Made by a program: the position numbers and the translations under genes. A DNA stretch of 58,474 bases, the filler included, from Bipalium vagum (taxonomy: Eukaryota), in the NCBI GenBank assembly GCA_037834085.1. It is 3 parts of 3 records of this genome, joined end to end, with 100 filler letters (N's around TTAATTAATTAA, not from the genome) between each part and the next. Parts side by side here need not be neighbours in the genome. Positions count along the whole stretch, not along the records: positions 36,346 to 58,474 come from JBBMKC010226547.1; 2 more parts are not named here. The stretch is one strand, 5' to 3'. The notes under the pieces are model-generated. The model saw nothing but the letters and a program-made list of their open reading frames with translations. It did no database searches and was not told the origin of the DNA. Positions within the stretch are counted from its first letter, which is position 1. Every line of letters begins with the position of its first letter. Below, in pieces: positions 53,531 to 58,474 of this stretch.

Positions 53531-54989
53531 TATATAATATAAAATTAATATTTGTTCTTATTTTGAATAAATATTAAAAGGATTGGTAAATTTTATAAAT
53601 AAATAAACTGTAAAACATTTTTCATAAATAAGTGTTCTATTTATGTTATATTTAAAAATTTGAGTACCTGCCTAATATTTTTGATCGGTGTATGTAAACT
53701 TTAGGCTTAGAATAAGTAAGAATTTTAAAATATATGTATATATAATGATATATATTCATATTTATATAATGATAATATAATATTTAAATATAATGAGTAT
53801 GCAATCATAATATTATTAATGAATTTACAATTAATGTATTTCCAGATATGATGAGGAAGGATAAAAGTTTGCAGGCCATGAAGACGGTTCATTAAATGTT
53901 CATAACCTCGATTTCATCACTTGCATGACTCGATATTTTCTTCAGATAGAAAACGGTATTTCATGAGACTGGTAGAACTCAAAGTGCTTGACGGAATCCG
54001 AAATGATCATCCACGAAGTAGTTAAAAGCATAAAAATAAGTTGGAAGAGACCAATTATATGGCTAACGTGCACTTGTCGTTTCCAGCTCTACGACCAGGA
54101 AAGAACCAAATAACCTAGAAGGATGTATATTACAAAAACAAAATGAATTCGAGCCTGATGACTGACTCAGCATTACATAGGTGAACTGCCAGTCAACTTG
54201 CTAAATCTTTAGTTCACCTTTTTAAATGAACGGATAATACTGCTGGAGGTCTGGAAATGACATCCAGATTTTTTATGTTTATCATTAACTGTTATGAAAA
54301 AAATATTCCGCTAAACGAGATTAAAACTTTTTGGTTTTTAATTAATTTTGTTTTAAAATAATGGTTTATATAATTATATTTAGCAAAAGAAACGAAACTT
54401 TAAATATTAATTTGAAATTTAATGGTCAGATTAAACTTTTTTAAAGTCACATGATCATAAATGTAAAAGCGAGATCTTAATACTTTTAGAAATAATTAGA
54501 ACCAGTAGAATCATATTAAATCTAAAATGTGGTATGGATAGTTTAAACTGAAATAATAAACCACGCGTGCTCATAATGAAAAGTGAAGGGAAATCAGCAA
54601 ATTTATTGAATTTAGTATATTAGTAATCTGGAAACTGAGAGATTGATGCATTGATTTAAGATATTCTCCTAATTTTTATATTCCATTGATGATGCATATT
54701 ATCACAAACGTCTTCTAATCCAAATAGATAATGTACTAGATCGTATCTTTGGATCTAGAATTTTAATTCCTTCCCATTCAGGTCAAAATCACAACTTTGA
54801 ATATTTTAAAACTATTCATGGTTTTGTTAATATTAGGTATTACAAAAATTTTTGAGAATTTTGATAAAGATGATGTGAATAATATTAAGTCGTAAAAGTT
54901 TCGTAGTAATGAGTCATAATTAACTTTATTTGTTTGTATATATCAATGAATAAATATTAAAATCAATAAATATAAACTAAATATTTTTT

Positions 54990-55890
54990 TAGAAAATCAA
55001 ATGTCCAAATAAGTGCCAACAAAAAACATACTTCTCTCTTTTAATTCTAAAAAAAGTGCTGCTGAATTTCACAGATTTTTGTTGAAGATTTATGGTTGTC
55101 ATACTCCATCCATTTAAAGATGTAAATATTGGTTAGATGGTTTAAAAGTGGTAGAGTGTGAATGAAGGCCAGAAAAGTTTAAGTATTCTTAACTGTTGGA
55201 ATTATTGGAGGAAGATTTATACCAAACGCAAGAGTAGCTTGGGGCATTATTGAAAGTAATTCAAAAAATCATTTTAGTTCGTCTGAAATCAATGTAAATG
55301 ATTGAGAAACAAAGAATAATTTTACCCAGAGACATCGAAGGGTAATTTTTCATTTATCATCAGCTGCTTCAGAAGAAAAATCAAAAAGGGTTTCTACATC
55401 GAATCATCATGAATGATGAAAAGTGCATTCTTTTCAACAATCCAGTGTTAAAAGTGATGTGATCCAATCGACCAAGATGAATATAACTGGATGGAAGTAA
55501 ATACTTTTTCAATTAGTTGCTGTAGCCAAACGAAAAGATCATCGGAGAATGTTATCAACACCAATTGATTTAATTAGACTGTGCATTGAAGGTGAAAAGG
55601 CCGGAAAGTCAATTTTCAACCTGTCAATGCTCTAATGCATATTTCACAGATTTTAAAGAACACGTTAAATGCGCTTCAGTGGGATGTTTTATTTCCGTAT
55701 TATCACCTTTATCGATGAGTCATGAATGCAAAAAAAAACCTCCAAAGGTTAACAGTTCTTTTTATCGTGGAATTCATTTGCTAAAACAGAGACCGAAGAC
55801 AGTAATACTCAGCGATGATAAATACTTTGAGTAACGTATATTATTCCGACTTTACATGTTAAAGTTTCTAATTCAAAAAAATTCTCAGAA
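54990..55890 (+). mobile_element. Decayed mariner element
   Basis: SFNSKKSAAEFHRF, LLEEDLYQTQE*LGALLKV, KGFLHRIIMNDEKCILFNNP and FYRGIHLLKQRPKTVILSDDKYFE* are Mos1-like motifs in the correct order. Confidence 0.85.
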
Positions 55891-56779
55891 CCTACATCTA
55901 ATGTCATTTTCATTAATGTCAAAATATTTTAAATAGTCTTAGTTGCAGTATGATTTAGTTGTAATTTGTACAATTATAATTGTCGAACCAGATTTTTCAC
56001 GTTAAAATATAATTATCTAAAGTAATGTGTAGAAATATCAATATTAAAAAAGATATTTTTAATTCACCAATTTTGAATTGTTTAATTTTATTTATGTAAA
56101 ATGAGGGTTTAAAACAAAATTTTAGTGGTATATTAGGTATAATATGCAAGATTCTGGAAACTTATGGGCCACCATAAGATCTTAAAACATTTGACTTTTC
56201 GACAATAACACGTAAAAGATTGATCAGATCTACATGATATTAGCAAAATTTGAAAGAGTGTGAAAAAAAGTTCCTTTCACTGTTCACATATTTTATATGA
56301 AAAGATTTTGTTTCATTTTAAATATCGAAAAAACAATTTGCACCTTTAATGATTGAAAATCCGGGACGTAAATTAAGTTTAATATCTTTGCACATATTAA
56401 CCGAATTTTAAAAAACCTTGAAAGTATAGATTTATTATCTTATTAATTAATTAGCACAATCTCTGAATGAGAAAGTATTTTATTGGCCGAAAAATTCTCA
56501 AACTTTTCTCCAAAAAATAATTGATAAAAGTTTTCCACAAATATTAACTCTCAGAAAGCTGACTTTATGGTCAAAATTATCTATTCAGGCACTCAATTAT
56601 TAGAACTGGTAACTTCCAGGCTTTTGTCGTTGACGGGCATTGCTGCTGGTTTCTTTTACCAGTCAAGTAAAAGAAAGAGAAACGAAACAAAATTAGTTAT
56701 TTTCCCCATCTGAGTGCGAGAGAATAATCACTCAACAACTAAAATTAACCATTTTTTCTCCTTATTGCTCAGCTTATCA

Positions 56780-57720
56780 ATCACTTGAGTTCTTGCTTGA
56801 AAAAGAAACCAATACGTAGGGTAAAATGATTATAAAATTACTTCACAGTATATTGATAATTAATTTCCCTTACCAAATTGTCTTAAATTTTGGTCAAGAA
56901 GTGGTGAAAAAGAAAATCATGAGGAGCCATGTCAGGAAGGGTTTTATTTTGATTTTTGGATAAAAATCACTAATAAAGAGGGAAGTTTAAGAAGTTGTAA
57001 TATTGTTGTGTAAAATCTATGAATCTTTATCTTACCTATAAATCGGTCATTTCAATATTTTCTGTTGACCTACAGGAAGAAATTCGTAGTAGACAAGGCC
57101 ATGAAAACCTCAAAAAAAGTCAACATAATCTTAGTTTTGGAATGGCTGTGACGAACTCTTTAATTTTGGTTCATATTTTGCATTCCATTCACTTGCTTTT
57201 CGACTTGTTTCTAAGTGTTACTGATATACCGCTGTGTTATCTGTGATGTTTTCCAATAAAGAATCGTTCATAGAAAGTTTTTCTTGAGCAAGAAGAATAC
57301 TGTTTTTTTGCAGAAAATTTTAACTGCTTAGGTGTAAGTCAACATGCAATACATCTCATTAACACTTCGTCTTTCAAAGTCGATTGGCAACATTTAATTG
57401 ATATTCCACTTTGTTCAGATATCTTTCAGATTGTCAACTGACCATCTTTTAGTACGATTATTTTTTAATTTTTCCGTAATGTGGATGATATTTGGGAATG
57501 TTGATTACCTTCTTCGGATTCTCTGCCTTCTTTATAGAACTTGTATATGTGATAAATCTGTGCTTGAGACATCTATTGATCAGAAAACCATTTCTGTGTC
57601 ATTTCCAGTGTTCGAGAACACGACATATCTTCACCGGACAAAATTTAATACAAACTGGTTGACCTTCAAGCATTGAGGTTATATAAATACCTTGTTTTTA
57701 TGCGATTACCGAAATGAGAA
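56780..57720 (-). mobile_element. Decayed mariner element
   Basis: The - strand reads TLEMTQKWFSDQ*MSQAQIYHIYKFYKEGRESEE...IVLKDGQLTI*KISEQSGISIKCCQSTLKDEVLMRCIAC and SSEWNAKYEPKLK, a mariner HTH plus linker pattern. Confidence 0.75.
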
Positions 57721-58474
57721 TATCTCTGTTTAATTATAAACTTAATAACGTAAATCTTTGGATTTATATTAATGAAAGTTCAAAAAATCTATCCAAGAAG
57801 GAACTTATGGAAATTATTTTGTCGATTATTTTTAATTGAAATTGGCTTGGAACTTTTTGAAGACATTTGCATGTCAAATTTCTTGAGATTAAATGAGGAG
57901 TTTAATGTAACCAAGATATGTCATTCTATTTTAAGTAACCAAAGTTAATATATATGATGAAACCTCGAATCTCACACTGTTAAATAACAATATCATTATT
58001 ATGAGCCTGGTAGAAAAAAAGAAAAGCTTTATCATTTTATAGTTTTCTTTAAAAGTTGTTTCGGTCGTAAATTTTGAAAAACCAAAAGGAAAACTTTGCT
58101 ATTTATACTACTCACCTACGAAATCAATTTCGATTTGAAACAGTTTTAGCTAAGATAGTGTGCTACAAACTGAACGCCAGTAAGCCAAGCCAATTATTAG
58201 GTAAAGGAATTCAAGCGGGTTATAGCTCCTTTAACTGAAGGTCATATATAAAGGCCGGTGAAGATTAAAATTCAGAGTCTAACCACTTCAAAAAGTTTAT
58301 GGATGGACATATTTTGAAGATAAGTGGTCTTTGACTTTATAATAAATTGCCGTCAGCTAATTATCTTTATTATATTAAGTAATAAATAGATTGTTATTAT
58401 TGATAGGTTGAATGGATTCTTCCCCTAAATTATTCATTAAATGCAAAACACTAACTACTTTTTAAAAACTGTTT

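Overview
Very AT-rich eukaryotic (animal) genomic DNA. It has spliced genes with 43-58 nt minimal introns and is littered with decayed DNA transposons. This style resembles a flatworm/planarian-type genome, but the taxon is an inference. Two artificial 100-nt linkers (N44-TTAATTAATTAA-N44 at 19105-19204 and 36246-36345) split the window into three pieces that may not be truly adjacent. Genes reconstructed by hand from GT-AG sites and intron phase: (1) the 3' part of an anosmin-1/KAL-1-like FN3 gene on + (exons 20747-29309, probable last exon 35532-35620 with a GPI-signal-like tail); (2) a complete, divergent 5-exon tetraspanin on - (49540-50477, 248 aa); (3) a spliced orphan gene on - (core exons 12814-12871 and 11271/11277-11716). 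Also present: many mariner/Tc1 relics and MITEs (one nested precisely in a mariner), a Chapaev3-like relic, pogo-like MITEs, a tRNA-Ala-derived pseudogene, a probable solo LTR, and several intronless decayed coding-like islands (46150-46790, 51190-51640, 52600-54290) that may be virus-derived. I see no strong evidence for a wholly new biological system. The best leads are the anosmin C-terminus and the unexplained coding islands.
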